From a bacterium (GTDB taxonomy: Bacteria; Patescibacteriota; UBA1384; CAILIB01), in the NCBI GenBank assembly GCA_037131105.1, contig JBAXRQ010000001.1, positions 194,039 through 258,038 of the forward strand: a DNA stretch of 64,000 nt, in the 5' to 3' direction. The notes under the pieces are model-generated. The model was not told the origin of the DNA. It made no database searches and worked only from the letters and a program-made list of their open reading frames with translations. Below, piece by piece: positions 29,160-38,153 of this stretch. Every line of letters begins with the position of its first letter. Position 1 is the first letter of the stretch. The translations under genes and the position numbers were made by a program.

Positions 29160-31325
29160 ATGCATGCGATTTCTCGTATGCGGACGGCGCTGAGTACTGC
29201 TACCGCCTTGCTCCTAGCCTTGCCTATGGTGAGCCTGGGTCTGCCGGCTGCTGCTCACGCTTCCGCGTCATCTCTCGTTATAAATGAGGTTAACTGGGCC
29301 GGCTCGTCCGTCTCAGCCAATGACCAGTGGGTCGAGCTCTATAACCCGGGCCCAGCTGTCGATTTCAGTCTGCATCCTTATACTATCTCAGTTGATGGCA
29401 CTGACCTGGTGACCCTTACCAGTGGCGCCGTCCTCAGTCATGGTGAATATATAGTAAGTCGCCTCGGCGCTGCCCAGTCTACCCAGCTTCTTGTTATCGG
29501 CAAGGTTGACTCAGCCCTGGTGTTGCCACATGTTGACCTCCAACTTCAGTTGAAGGACGAAAATGGTGACGTAGTGGACACTGCCGGTGACGGTACCGGA
29601 TCTCCTTTGGCCGGTTCTGACGGCATGACCGGTGTTAAAGTTGTTTCCAGCATGTCTCGTGTGGCAGGTACTACTGATGGTACCAAGGCCTCCAGCTGGT
29701 ATACCCCTGCCACGGTAGGTAAGTATATTGACAACGGAGTCATCCAGTATGGCACTCCCGGAACTGACAACCTTGAGGTTGCCGCTCCTGGTCAGCTAGC
29801 TCTTGACCCACATCCCGCCGCTAACCAGCCTACTATTACTGGTACCATCATCCCGGCTGTCGGACAGGCTATGCCTGGCTTGGTCCAGGTGCGGTTCACC
29901 CGTGTCTCTGATGGTACGGTTACCGGTGTGAATGGCTTTGTAAATGCCACTACCGGAAATTTCAGTGTCATCTACCCAGGAGTTATGGGTCCTGCCTTGT
30001 ATCGGATTACCGTTACCAGCCTAGATATCACTCCAAATGCCGGTCGCTCGGCTACCGTCGAGGTACCAATCGCTGGTTCCCCTCAGAATCTGTATCTGGT
30101 GAATCCAGCTTCTGTCACCGTTTCAGTTCCAACTTTGGACGCGTATCCGACCCTTACCAACCAGACCACTGTCACTCTGACTGGTACGGTTGATGCGGGC
30201 ACCGCTCTGGTTATCTCGGTAAATGGTACCGAATATGGTACTACGCCTATCGCTGCCGGACAGACAACCTTTTCCCGCACCGTTACTCTGCTGACCGACC
30301 AGGTCAACCAGATCGAGGTTCGGGCCCAGGATTCCGCTTTTAATGTAAGTGCTCCTGCCATCGCTACTATTACCCAGGACAGTATGGCTCCTAAGGCCGT
30401 TGTAGCTGGGCTAGTGAAGGTCAGCACCAATGCTCCCGGTACCCAGGACAGCGTCCAGGGAATGGCTGGAGCCGCCGAGGCAAATGCCTTTGTGGATGTG
30501 TATGCTGACGCATCGCTTACCACCAAGATCGCTACCGGCAGTGTGGCCGCCAACGGCTCATTCGGTCCTATCCTGGTCGGTGACAATACCAATACGACGC
30601 TGTACCTGGTGGTACGTGACGCCGCTGGTAATGTTAGCCCCGCTACCTTGTTTGAGAATCCGGTAGCCTTCGCTACCCAGACGATTACGATGAGTATCAC
30701 TGTTGGAAGTATCACCGGTACCCAGGCTACCGTCAGCTGGACCCCAATCAGCGGAGCTGCTGCCTACCGGATCAAGTACAAGCCTGAGGGTGGCTCGTTT
30801 AGCAGTCCAATGACCGTATGCGCCGGTGTTGCCACCTGCCAGAGTACGACCATCAACGGACTTTCCCCACTTACTTCGTACGTTGTCGCCGTTGCGGCAG
30901 TGGACGCAGCAGGCAATGAGAGTAATTATACTGAGAAGACCTTTGTCACCGGACCTCCTGCAAATGTGGGCGGAGGCAGCGGACCGCTTCCTGGCCTTAC
31001 CGTCGCTACCAAGAGCAGCGGAACCTCGGTTAAGACCCCGGTTACTGTAGTTACTCCTAGCCCAGCTCCTACGGTCAGTCCTACTGAGCAGGGTGAAGTG
31101 AAGAGTGAGAATACCACTTCCTCGACGAACTGGACGCCATGGATCATCCTGGCCATCCTGATTGCCCTGGCAGTACTTGCCACCGCCGGTTACTTCTACT
31201 GGTTCGGGGGTGAGGATGAGGATGCTGATGAGGCTGGCACAACTGGTTCTGGCAAGAACGAGCCTACTCCAGCTACTGATCAGAAGAATACCGCTAAGAA
31301 GGCGGATAAGGAAAAACGTTGGTAA
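29160..31325 (+). CDS. large cell-surface protein: signal peptide, Lamin-tail domain, Ig/Fn3-like repeats, C-terminal TM anchor with charged tail
   Basis: LTD motif LVINEVNWAGS...DQWVELYN; Fn3-like WTPISGAAAYRIKYKP...; C-terminal WIILAILIALAVLATAGYFYWF. Confidence 0.6.
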   Translation: MHAISRMRTALSTATALLLALPMVSLGLPAAAHASASSLVINEVNWAGSSVSANDQWVELYNPGPAVDFSLHPYTISVDGTDLVTLTSGAVLSHGEYIVSRLGAAQSTQLLVIGKVDSALVLPHVDLQLQLKDENGDVVDTAGDGTGSPLAGSDGMTGVKVVSSMSRVAGTTDGTKASSWYTPATVGKYIDNGVIQYGTPGTDNLEVAAPGQLALDPHPAANQPTITGTIIPAVGQAMPGLVQVRFTRVSDGTVTGVNGFVNATTGNFSVIYPGVMGPALYRITVTSLDITPNAGRSATVEVPIAGSPQNLYLVNPASVTVSVPTLDAYPTLTNQTTVTLTGTVDAGTALVISVNGTEYGTTPIAAGQTTFSRTVTLLTDQVNQIEVRAQDSAFNVSAPAIATITQDSMAPKAVVAGLVKVSTNAPGTQDSVQGMAGAAEANAFVDVYADASLTTKIATGSVAANGSFGPILVGDNTNTTLYLVVRDAAGNVSPATLFENPVAFATQTITMSITVGSITGTQATVSWTPISGAAAYRIKYKPEGGSFSSPMTVCAGVATCQSTTINGLSPLTSYVVAVAAVDAAGNESNYTEKTFVTGPPANVGGGSGPLPGLTVATKSSGTSVKTPVTVVTPSPAPTVSPTEQGEVKSENTTSSTNWTPWIILAILIALAVLATAGYFYWFGGEDEDADEAGTTGSGKNEPTPATDQKNTAKKADKEKRW

Positions 31326-31348
31326 GAAAGAGTTTCTAGGGAAATGAG

Positions 31349-31379
31349 AGAAGACCCCCGAAAGGGGGTCTTTCTTTTT
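31349..31379 (+). terminator. Rho-independent terminator of the surface-protein gene
   Basis: agaagaccccc gaaa gggggtctttct + T run. Confidence 0.6.
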
Positions 31380-31385
31380 GTTTCA

Positions 31386-31690
31386 TACGCGGAAGCTGGG
31401 GGAGTCGAACATCGTCCGCTTCCCGCTTCGGGTTGGAAACCCGCTTCGCCGCTTTCTCGTCTGCAGCGCTCCGCTTGCTTACGCGAGAAGCGCGAACGCT
31501 GGCGGACTCTCAGGAAACCCTCGGTTTCCTTGACGTTTGCTGCGCAAGCTACCTTCCGCCGCGGAGAAACTCCTGTTTCGGAAGACCTTCGCTGGTGCGG
31601 GACACGCACGGTGGAGCCACTCAGGTCCTAGCCGGTCCTTCCGGACCGCCGTCGCCTTCCGACGTTCAAATCCGCCCAGCGGCTCCAAAG
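31386..31690 (-). ncRNA. GC-rich structured non-coding RNA candidate (tmRNA or RNase P RNA; identity unresolved)
   Basis: About 300-nt gap between terminators with no credible ORF and many nested inverted repeats. The minus-strand frame ends ...PAFALLA-TAA, which is tag-peptide-like. Segments resemble the RNase P CR-I/CR-IV motifs (GGAAGGACCGGCU; GUGCG...CGCACCAGCG). Adjacent to tRNA-Thr. Confidence 0.3.
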
Positions 31691-31740
31691 AAAAGAACCC
31701 ACTAAAGTGGGTTCTTTTCTTTGGAGCCGCTGGGCGGAGT
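31664..31740. repeat. 33-bp perfect inverted repeat tccgcccagcggctccaaagaaaagaacccact / agtgggttcttttctttggagccgctgggcgga
   Basis: Right arm includes the 3' 17 nt of tRNA-Thr; left arm is an inverted copy of that tRNA 3' end preceded by a T-loop-like GTTCAAATCC. Confidence 0.8.
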
Positions 31741-31796
31741 CGGACCGCCGACCTCTACTTTACGAAAGTATTGCTCTACCAGCTGAGCTACAGCGG
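31721..31796 (-). tRNA. tRNA-Thr (anticodon CGT)
   Basis: Hand-folded: acceptor GCCGCTG/CAGCGGC, D-arm GCTCAGCTGGTAGAGC, anticodon loop TTCGTAA, T-arm GGCGGTCCGACTCCGCC, CCA encoded. Confidence 0.8.
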
Positions 31797-31845
31797 CTGG
31801 TTAACACCTTTGTACTGTAGCAGATGGCAGCGGCCCTCGCTACCT

Positions 31846-32121
31846 TTAGCCCTTATTACCGAAGACGTTAAACGCCTTGAGAATGGCGATAAGCACTACA
31901 GCCCCGGCAATGCCCCAGAACAGGCCTACAAGGCTGAATGAGCCGGCGTCGGCGGCGCCTCCGATGCCAAGCCAGGTACCGAAGATATAGCTTCCCAGGA
32001 ACGAGCCCACGATACCTATGATGATATTTGCTAATGCCCCCTGGCTCTGGTCAGTGTTCATGATCATACTGGCGACCCAGCCGATCAGCCCACCTACGAT
32101 GATTGCAATGATTATTCCCAT
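31846..32121 (-). CDS. GlsB/YeaQ/YmgE-family small membrane protein
   Basis: Gly-rich 3-TM pattern [16 protein letters not shown]...; start trimmed to MGIIIAII. Confidence 0.5.
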   Translation of the reverse strand: MGIIIAIIVGGLIGWVASMIMNTDQSQGALANIIIGIVGSFLGSYIFGTWLGIGGAADAGSFSLVGLFWGIAGAVVLIAILKAFNVFGNKG

Positions 32122-32190
32122 ACAACGGACAATTACAGATAAGTTACTTCTTATCCTACCACCCAAGCCTTAGCTCATCCGTGGGTTGGC

Positions 32191-34053
32191 TTACAGCTTA
32201 CCTAGCTTTTTGGCCAGCACCTCGGTCTCATCGAGAAGATGCTCGATCTCGCCAAGTCCCTTTGTCCAGAATGCCTCGTCGGTGATATTTATACCCAGTT
32301 TTTGGAAGATGGCCTGGGGACTGTCAGATAGGCCTGTGGAGAGGAAGGTCTCCACCTTCTTAATGAAGCTGGGGTCGGCCTTGACCTGTGACTGCAAGGA
32401 CTTTGAGATAAGTAGCCCGCTGGCGTACGAATAGACGTAGAAGTAATTGCGGATGTGCGACCAGTAGACCCACCAGTTCTGCGCCCCTTCTGATTGCTCG
32501 ACGCCGTCTCCCATATAGGCTGCCATATTCTTCTGGAAGATCTCACCTATCTCCTCCTTAGTGAGGTGGCTCTTGGCCCGGAAGGCCTCATGGAGTGCTT
32601 GTTCGAACCTGTAGCAGGCCACCTGTCTAAAGATGCTACTCACATCGTCGTTCAGCTTCATCATCAGTATGGCTAGGCGAAGCTCGTCATCGGCTTCCTT
32701 GAGAATCTCTTCGAGGACAAAGTCCTCCATGAAAGTGCTGGCCACTTCTGCTGTCGCCATCGGGGTGCCGAAATGGAGGGCGTTTTGCTTCTCCTTGATC
32801 AGCTCGTTATTGATGCCGTGACCCATTTCGTGGGCAAGGGTCAGCACGTCGTTCAGGATGTCGGTGTGGTTCAGGAGGATGTAGGTAGGCTGACCTGGGA
32901 GATCATGGGCGCAGAAGGCGCCGCTCTGCTTGTTCGGGCGCGGGTAGACGTCGATCTGGCCGTTTTCCAGATATTCGGAAAGTATCTCAGCGAAGCGGGG
33001 GTTCAGCTTCTGGAAGGTGCGGTGAACCAGCTCTACGGCATCCTCGTAGGGATACTTCTTAGTAATACTGCCGTACTGGACGTTTCTCTCGTGGTAGGCC
33101 AGCTTGTCCATGCCCATAAGTTTGGCCTTGAGGGCGTAATAGCGTTTTGAGAGGTCAAAGCGGCTTTCAACAGTCTTTAATAGCGTGTCCACAGCCTCAC
33201 TGTCTATGTCGTCGCTCAGATGCCGGGCTAGATCGGGACGGGGAAGACCGCGCAGCTCGTCGTTGGTCTTCTTGTCAGCCAGAATTGAGTTCAGCTCTGC
33301 CTCGGCCAACTCGACGTTGTCTACCAGAATGGAGTTCAGTGCCTTGGCTGATTCGTCACGAACCGGCTTCTGCTGGCTCTGCAGCAGAGACATGATCTCG
33401 GAAAGTCCCTTCTTGGCTTGCTTCCCGTCCTCCAGCAGAATGTTACGCTCTGCCTTGGCCAGCGCCCCCGAGGTGAGCTGCACCCAGTTGTGGTGGGAAG
33501 TCAGCGACTTGAGGTTAAGGATTCTCTCCTCGGGCTCAGTCAGTAGGTAGGGTGCCTCAGCTTGTAGACGTTCCAGGAAATGCCGGTAGGCTTCAATGTC
33601 CGGCTCGGCCTTGATCATTTCTTCCAGTTTTTCTGGGGTGACCTTGGCGAGTTTCAGGGCATAGAACTGGACCTGGTTATAGATCTTGGTGGCCCGGTCA
33701 TGGGAGGAACGGTAGCCTGCCTTTATGGTAGCGTCGTTCTCATCCTGGGAGCTGCGCAGCTGGAAGTAGTAGCCAATGCTTCCGCTGGTGCCCTGGGTAC
33801 GCTCCAGCAGCTCGTAGTCGTCCAGGGACTCCTTCAGGGCTGAGGGGTCAGTCAGGTAGTCCTCGCGAGCCTGCCACTTGGTGACAAAGGCGGCATTGGC
33901 CTTCTCCACCTCTTGCCAGAGCTTTTCGATGTTTGGGTCCGTGTCGGAAGTTAGTAAGGGGGAGAGATTCCAGACGGTGTGCGAGAGGTCGAGGGGCATA
34001 TAAAAAATTAGGGGAGTCACCCCTACGGTACTTGGTTTCCGATAAGGGGACAA
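32191..34053 (-). CDS. pepF: oligoendopeptidase F (M3 family metallopeptidase)
   Basis: HEMGHGI zinc motif; about 600-aa M3B architecture. Confidence 0.85.
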   Translation of the reverse strand: MSPYRKPSTVGVTPLIFYMPLDLSHTVWNLSPLLTSDTDPNIEKLWQEVEKANAAFVTKWQAREDYLTDPSALKESLDDYELLERTQGTSGSIGYYFQLRSSQDENDATIKAGYRSSHDRATKIYNQVQFYALKLAKVTPEKLEEMIKAEPDIEAYRHFLERLQAEAPYLLTEPEERILNLKSLTSHHNWVQLTSGALAKAERNILLEDGKQAKKGLSEIMSLLQSQQKPVRDESAKALNSILVDNVELAEAELNSILADKKTNDELRGLPRPDLARHLSDDIDSEAVDTLLKTVESRFDLSKRYYALKAKLMGMDKLAYHERNVQYGSITKKYPYEDAVELVHRTFQKLNPRFAEILSEYLENGQIDVYPRPNKQSGAFCAHDLPGQPTYILLNHTDILNDVLTLAHEMGHGINNELIKEKQNALHFGTPMATAEVASTFMEDFVLEEILKEADDELRLAILMMKLNDDVSSIFRQVACYRFEQALHEAFRAKSHLTKEEIGEIFQKNMAAYMGDGVEQSEGAQNWWVYWSHIRNYFYVYSYASGLLISKSLQSQVKADPSFIKKVETFLSTGLSDSPQAIFQKLGINITDEAFWTKGLGEIEHLLDETEVLAKKLGKL

Positions 34054-34060
34054 CCTGGTA

Positions 34061-34324
34061 TTAGACAGCTAGAAGGGCGGCTTTTTCCTCTTCGATAATG
34101 GCTCCCCACATAGCCTCGTTCTGGGTGGCCAGGGCGCGGACCTTGCGCAGGCTTAAGGTAAGGACGGTGTGGCCGGCCTTGGGATCTTCAGCAAGCAGAC
34201 GGGCCAGCTCGATGAGCTGTTCGTCGGTGGAGACGGATAGGAGTTCCTTGGCCCGCCAGATGTCGTTCTGGGGGATCATGGCATTTTCTACCAGGGACTC
34301 GATCAGGGCGCGACGCTCATCCAT
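34061..34324 (-). CDS. hypothetical protein
   Basis: ORF; first of three co-oriented overlapping hypotheticals. Confidence 0.3.
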   Translation of the reverse strand: MDERRALIESLVENAMIPQNDIWRAKELLSVSTDEQLIELARLLAEDPKAGHTVLTLSLRKVRALATQNEAMWGAIIEEEKAALLAV

Positions 34325-34772
34325 GGGGGTCTTCTAAATCCTCATTGAAACCCATCGCGACTTTTCCTGCCAAAACACCTCCAATATCGAAGGCCTGGCG
34401 CATATTCTGCCGGTCGACGCCTCCTTCAGGTACTTCTGCAAGTGTCCGCTCGGCCTTTTTAAAGAAACGAACTACGGCACCTGGATGGGTTGATGCCGGT
34501 GTCTCCACCTGAGACGATATGACCGGTTCTGATTCTGGACCGTCTATGGCAAGACGGCGTCCAGCAGTGGGCTGGTATGGTAGTTCGGAGAATTGTGGGC
34601 CGAATAGTGGCATGGAGAATATTACTACTGTTCCATTGTACGAAAAGAGGGGGTCAATTTGCAATGTATAATCTGGAAATTGGTAAGAGAAAGACAAAGA
34701 AAAAGGGCCGGGGAGATCCCCGACCCGTTGACGTGCCGCAGCTAGTACGGGCTTAGACGATTTCCCATTCAT
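34317..34772 (-). CDS. hypothetical protein
   Basis: ORF in operon. Confidence 0.3.
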   Translation of the reverse strand: MNGKSSKPVLAAARQRVGDLPGPFSLSFSYQFPDYTLQIDPLFSYNGTVVIFSMPLFGPQFSELPYQPTAGRRLAIDGPESEPVISSQVETPASTHPGAVVRFFKKAERTLAEVPEGGVDRQNMRQAFDIGGVLAGKVAMGFNEDLEDPHG

Positions 34773-35181
34773 ACTTCTGAGCCAGCGCGCACAGGGCGGC
34801 GTAGGCTACCGTACGCTCCTCTGAGAACCGTTCGCGACTCTCGCCGTCCGGAAGCTTTTCAACGACTCTCTGCGGGTTGACTGAAGCGGAAACCAGTCTT
34901 CCGTTGACTACTAGCCTCAAGGTGCGCGTGGAGCGGTCGAAGCCTTCCTTCCGGATGAGCTGGGAGCCCAGTCCTAGCATCATGCAGAGGAGTCCGATCT
35001 CACCGCAGTATGCCGGTGAGGCGGGGCAGGAACTGGCGACCACAGTGCCATTGACGGCGATTTGCAGTTCGAATACCGGCGCAGTCTCGGGCTTCGTGTC
35101 CCACGAAGGCGATTTTCTGGCTACGTTCAGACTGATCCTGCTGCCCGGGCTGGGCGGCTTGGAAAGATAGGTGCAGCTCAT
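34753..35181 (-). CDS. hypothetical protein
   Basis: ORF; start trimmed to MSCTYLSK. Confidence 0.3.
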   Translation of the reverse strand: MSCTYLSKPPSPGSRISLNVARKSPSWDTKPETAPVFELQIAVNGTVVASSCPASPAYCGEIGLLCMMLGLGSQLIRKEGFDRSTRTLRLVVNGRLVSASVNPQRVVEKLPDGESRERFSEERTVAYAALCALAQKYEWEIV

Positions 35182-35404
35182 GGCAAACTCCTCGTTGTGC
35201 AAGGTTCCTTTTCGGTACCTTAGAAAGCTCAGGTGGGATTTGAGCCTTCCCTTGGGACTGAAAATAAAAAATCCGCTCTCAGGGAGCGGATGACAGGCAG
35301 ACAACTAAATGCTACTCAATCAAAAGCCGCTCCCAGAGGGGGAGTGATAGTTGAAAAAGCGCTTGGAAGACTGCTGTGATTGCATGGATGTACTATAGCG
35401 GAAA

Positions 35405-36097
35405 CTATTCTTTCTTGGCAACTATCACTGCATAGTTCATGTACTCCCACGATGCCTGTACTTTGGTAAATCCTGCTTGCTGAAGCCAGGAGATTTGTCT
35501 GGTCACCGAACTGGGAAGGTCTTCTTCCAGATGATTTTCAAACCAGTACTTGCCTTGTTCTTCCCCCAGGTTTTTCATCAAGTGCTGCTTCCACTCCTCA
35601 AGCCTGAGGGCGGCAATTCCAGGATTATCGAAGGTGACAATGTCACCGATGACCAAAATCCCTCCGGGCATAAGGCAGTCGGACAAGATTTTGAAAAGGA
35701 CTTGCTTCTGGGGTTCGTTAAGATGATGTACTGAGAGAACGGCCACGCAGACATCATAATGATCACTGACAGTAAGGCTAGCGATATCCTGTTCTTCAAG
35801 TGTTACCCTGCTCCTTACTTTTTCAAGTCGGCTTTCTGCCTGCGAGAGCATATGGCTGGAGATGTCGACACCATGGAGGGTGGCCTGGGGAAACTTGGTA
35901 AGAAGTGCCAGGCCGGTCTGGCCGGTTCCCACCCCAAGGTCGAGGATAGTTAAGGGGATATTGGTTGGATAATCTATTTGTCTCACTACCTCCTCATGTA
36001 GCTCTTCATAGCGGGGGATGAGCCGACGAATAAGCTGGTCGTAGTCAGCATATTTAATGTCGAAGTGCTCTTTGACTAGGGTGGTATGAGAATCCAT
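35405..36097 (-). CDS. class I SAM-dependent methyltransferase
   Basis: Motif I ILDLGVGTGQTG; motif post-I LHGVDIS. Confidence 0.65.
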   Translation of the reverse strand: MDSHTTLVKEHFDIKYADYDQLIRRLIPRYEELHEEVVRQIDYPTNIPLTILDLGVGTGQTGLALLTKFPQATLHGVDISSHMLSQAESRLEKVRSRVTLEEQDIASLTVSDHYDVCVAVLSVHHLNEPQKQVLFKILSDCLMPGGILVIGDIVTFDNPGIAALRLEEWKQHLMKNLGEEQGKYWFENHLEEDLPSSVTRQISWLQQAGFTKVQASWEYMNYAVIVAKKE

Positions 36098-36233
36098 GGA
36101 GATACTTCTATTGCTTATTTATACGCTAACACAATGAAAGGTAACGGGGAATTTTCGCTTCGCTCAACGCTTTCTGCCCGAGCGAAGAAGCACGATCGAA
36201 CCCCCTTCGGGGTCCATTCCATGTATCTACATT

Positions 36234-36336
36234 AAAAGCATGCAGGGGCCAAGAAAACTTTTGAGACGTATCCCGGAGGGATACTGTAGATAGACTCCAT
36301 TGAGTCGATCAGTTTTCTTGGCCGCTGCATGCTTTT
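36234..36336. repeat. structured intergenic repeat element, copy 2 (same core as 25665-25721, different flanking 25-bp inverted repeat), abutting the tRNA-Gly 3' end
   Basis: Core ttttgagacgtatcccggagggatac...ttgagtcgatcag; IR aaaagcatgcaggggccaagaaaac / gttttcttggccgctgcatgctttt. Confidence 0.75.
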
Positions 36337-36409
36337 GGTGCGGGTAAGGGGAATCGGACCCCTTTCTCATCCTTGGGAAGGACGCGTTCTACCAGTGAAC
36401 TATACCCGC
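36336..36409 (-). tRNA. tRNA-Gly (anticodon CCC)
   Basis: Hand-folded: acceptor GCGGGTA/TACCCGC, D-arm GTTCACTGGTAGAAC, anticodon loop TTCCCAA, T-arm GGGGTCCGATTCCCC, CCA encoded. Confidence 0.8.
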
Positions 36410-36462
36410 CGGGCACCGGTTCGACAGCACTTACTCTACCAAAAACCCATCAGACTAGAAAG

Positions 36463-38151
36463 CTACTTGAAATCTCCCGGCTGTACCCGGTAGAAGAATG
36501 TGTTGTTCTGGATGGTTGCCACGGGAGTTTTGTCCCGCAGGCCTTGGTACAGGGTGCCGGAGAGGTCGGTAGCGGTGACGGCGACCAGGCTTCCTACAGG
36601 GGCACCTTCCTCGCTGACTTTCTGCACAGGTACCTGGTAGTACCCGAGTGTGTACGGGTTCCACCGATAAGTGATATGGAGCGTCTCGCCAGGGAACTGC
36701 TCGTGCATGACGTCGGCGATGTCCTTGGCCTGCTGGCCCCAGTCGATGTTGCTGTCACTGAAGTAGTAGTAGCTGTCAGAAGAAGGATGGATGAGAGTAT
36801 TGCCGTAGCCTAGGTAGTTGGGAAACGTGAGAAGGGCGGGGGCGATGTAAAGTGCGAGTGCTCCAGGAGCTACCCACGCCTTTTTAAAGCGTGTTACCAG
36901 CCAGTCCAACGACAGGGCCATGACCAGTGAGGCTAGCCCCATTAGCGGTAGTACGTGGCGGACGCCGATGTTGATCTTATTCTCCAGTGAGAAAAACAGG
37001 TAGATGCCGGCGGCTATGAGCAGCAGGATAGTGAGTGGCTTCTTGTGCCAGCCCTTTGCGTTGCGAATTCCTATCACTAGCCCAAGCACCAGGAGGGCAA
37101 GACCGGCCAGCTGGGTCTTAAGGGCGTAGATGACCGGGAAGTAGGCCCAGACGTGTGTACCGGTAGGGTACAGATGGCCGAGCAGGTAGGTGGGGCGCCC
37201 GGCTACGGAGCCGCCGACGATAAGCAGTACCCCCTTTATGTAATCCACCGGTAGGAAATAGCGGATATACAGGAATCGGTGGAAGATGACCGGGTTGACC
37301 GGGATGAAGGGTGGCAGGTCTCTGCCGCCTTTCAGTTGGAAGATGGTGCCGTTGATGAGGTTAAGAGGGCCCAGGTAAGCCAGCCAGATAAGTATCCAGG
37401 TCACCAGGAGCACTAGGAGGAAGTCGGTACCTACCCGCTTCCAGTCCTTTCGGGTGATGGCCAGATAGACCATCCATACCAGTAGGATGGGGGCAAGGGT
37501 AAGCAATGAGAACTTGGTGAGCTCAGCCGCTGCAAATACCAGCCCTAGAAGTGCTGCCCGGTGCAGGCCAGGTCGCTCACCGTAGTACCAGAGGGCCCAG
37601 ACGGTGCCCAGAAAGGCCAGGGCAGCGGCCACGTCGTTGCCGGTCAGGTGGCCGTGGGCGATGACGGTGGGATTGAAGACCGTAAACACCAGGGCAAAGA
37701 GCCCTACCCGCGGCGAGAACCAGAGTCGTCCTAGGTAGTACGCCAGCCAGCAGAAGGCAAGGGTAATCAGTACCGAGGGGATGCGGGAGAGGAAGACCAT
37801 CAGGTCGGCGTTATTGCCGCTCTGGTAGTACCATTCATCAGCCCATTCCCGGGCCATGGGCCACGAGTCGTCGACGGTGCGATAGGCGCCGTCCCAGAGC
37901 TCCTGGTCACGAGGAGGCATGTTCAGATGAACGGCAAGGAGGGGCAGGGCGGTAAGCACCTTGTAGAGATAGGGATGCTCAGGGTCGAACCTAAACTCAT
38001 GACGGGTTAGTACCAGATACGCCGAGGCTACATGGATGCCCTCGTCGGTGGTCATGCTGTCCCGGTAAGACAGGTAGAGTCCTAGTGAGAGGGAGAACAG
38101 GAAGAGTAGGGCGACCACTACCTTGTGGGCGCGTGAAACAGTAGTCTTCAT
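36463..38151 (-). CDS. polytopic membrane glycosyltransferase (GT39/PMT/ArnT-like, lipid-carrier dependent)
   Basis: About 11 TM helices; N-terminal loop with DE-like motif; start trimmed to MKTTVSRAHK. Confidence 0.55.
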   Translation of the reverse strand: MKTTVSRAHKVVVALLFLFSLSLGLYLSYRDSMTTDEGIHVASAYLVLTRHEFRFDPEHPYLYKVLTALPLLAVHLNMPPRDQELWDGAYRTVDDSWPMAREWADEWYYQSGNNADLMVFLSRIPSVLITLAFCWLAYYLGRLWFSPRVGLFALVFTVFNPTVIAHGHLTGNDVAAALAFLGTVWALWYYGERPGLHRAALLGLVFAAAELTKFSLLTLAPILLVWMVYLAITRKDWKRVGTDFLLVLLVTWILIWLAYLGPLNLINGTIFQLKGGRDLPPFIPVNPVIFHRFLYIRYFLPVDYIKGVLLIVGGSVAGRPTYLLGHLYPTGTHVWAYFPVIYALKTQLAGLALLVLGLVIGIRNAKGWHKKPLTILLLIAAGIYLFFSLENKINIGVRHVLPLMGLASLVMALSLDWLVTRFKKAWVAPGALALYIAPALLTFPNYLGYGNTLIHPSSDSYYYFSDSNIDWGQQAKDIADVMHEQFPGETLHITYRWNPYTLGYYQVPVQKVSEEGAPVGSLVAVTATDLSGTLYQGLRDKTPVATIQNNTFFYRVQPGDFK

Positions 38152-38153
38152 GG

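Noticed and set aside
29546-31183. Antisense ORFs within the surface-protein gene (e.g. 30083-30715, 210 aa)
   Set aside because: The sense frame has clear domain structure (signal peptide, LTD, Fn3, TM). The antisense products are low-complexity.
31660-31687. A plus-strand tRNA or tmRNA 3' end (GTTCAAATCC...CAGCGGCTCCA)
   Set aside because: The 5 nt preceding the putative T-loop cannot pair with CCGCC and no matching acceptor 5' strand was found. It is better explained as an inverted duplicate of the tRNA-Thr 3' end within a long palindrome.
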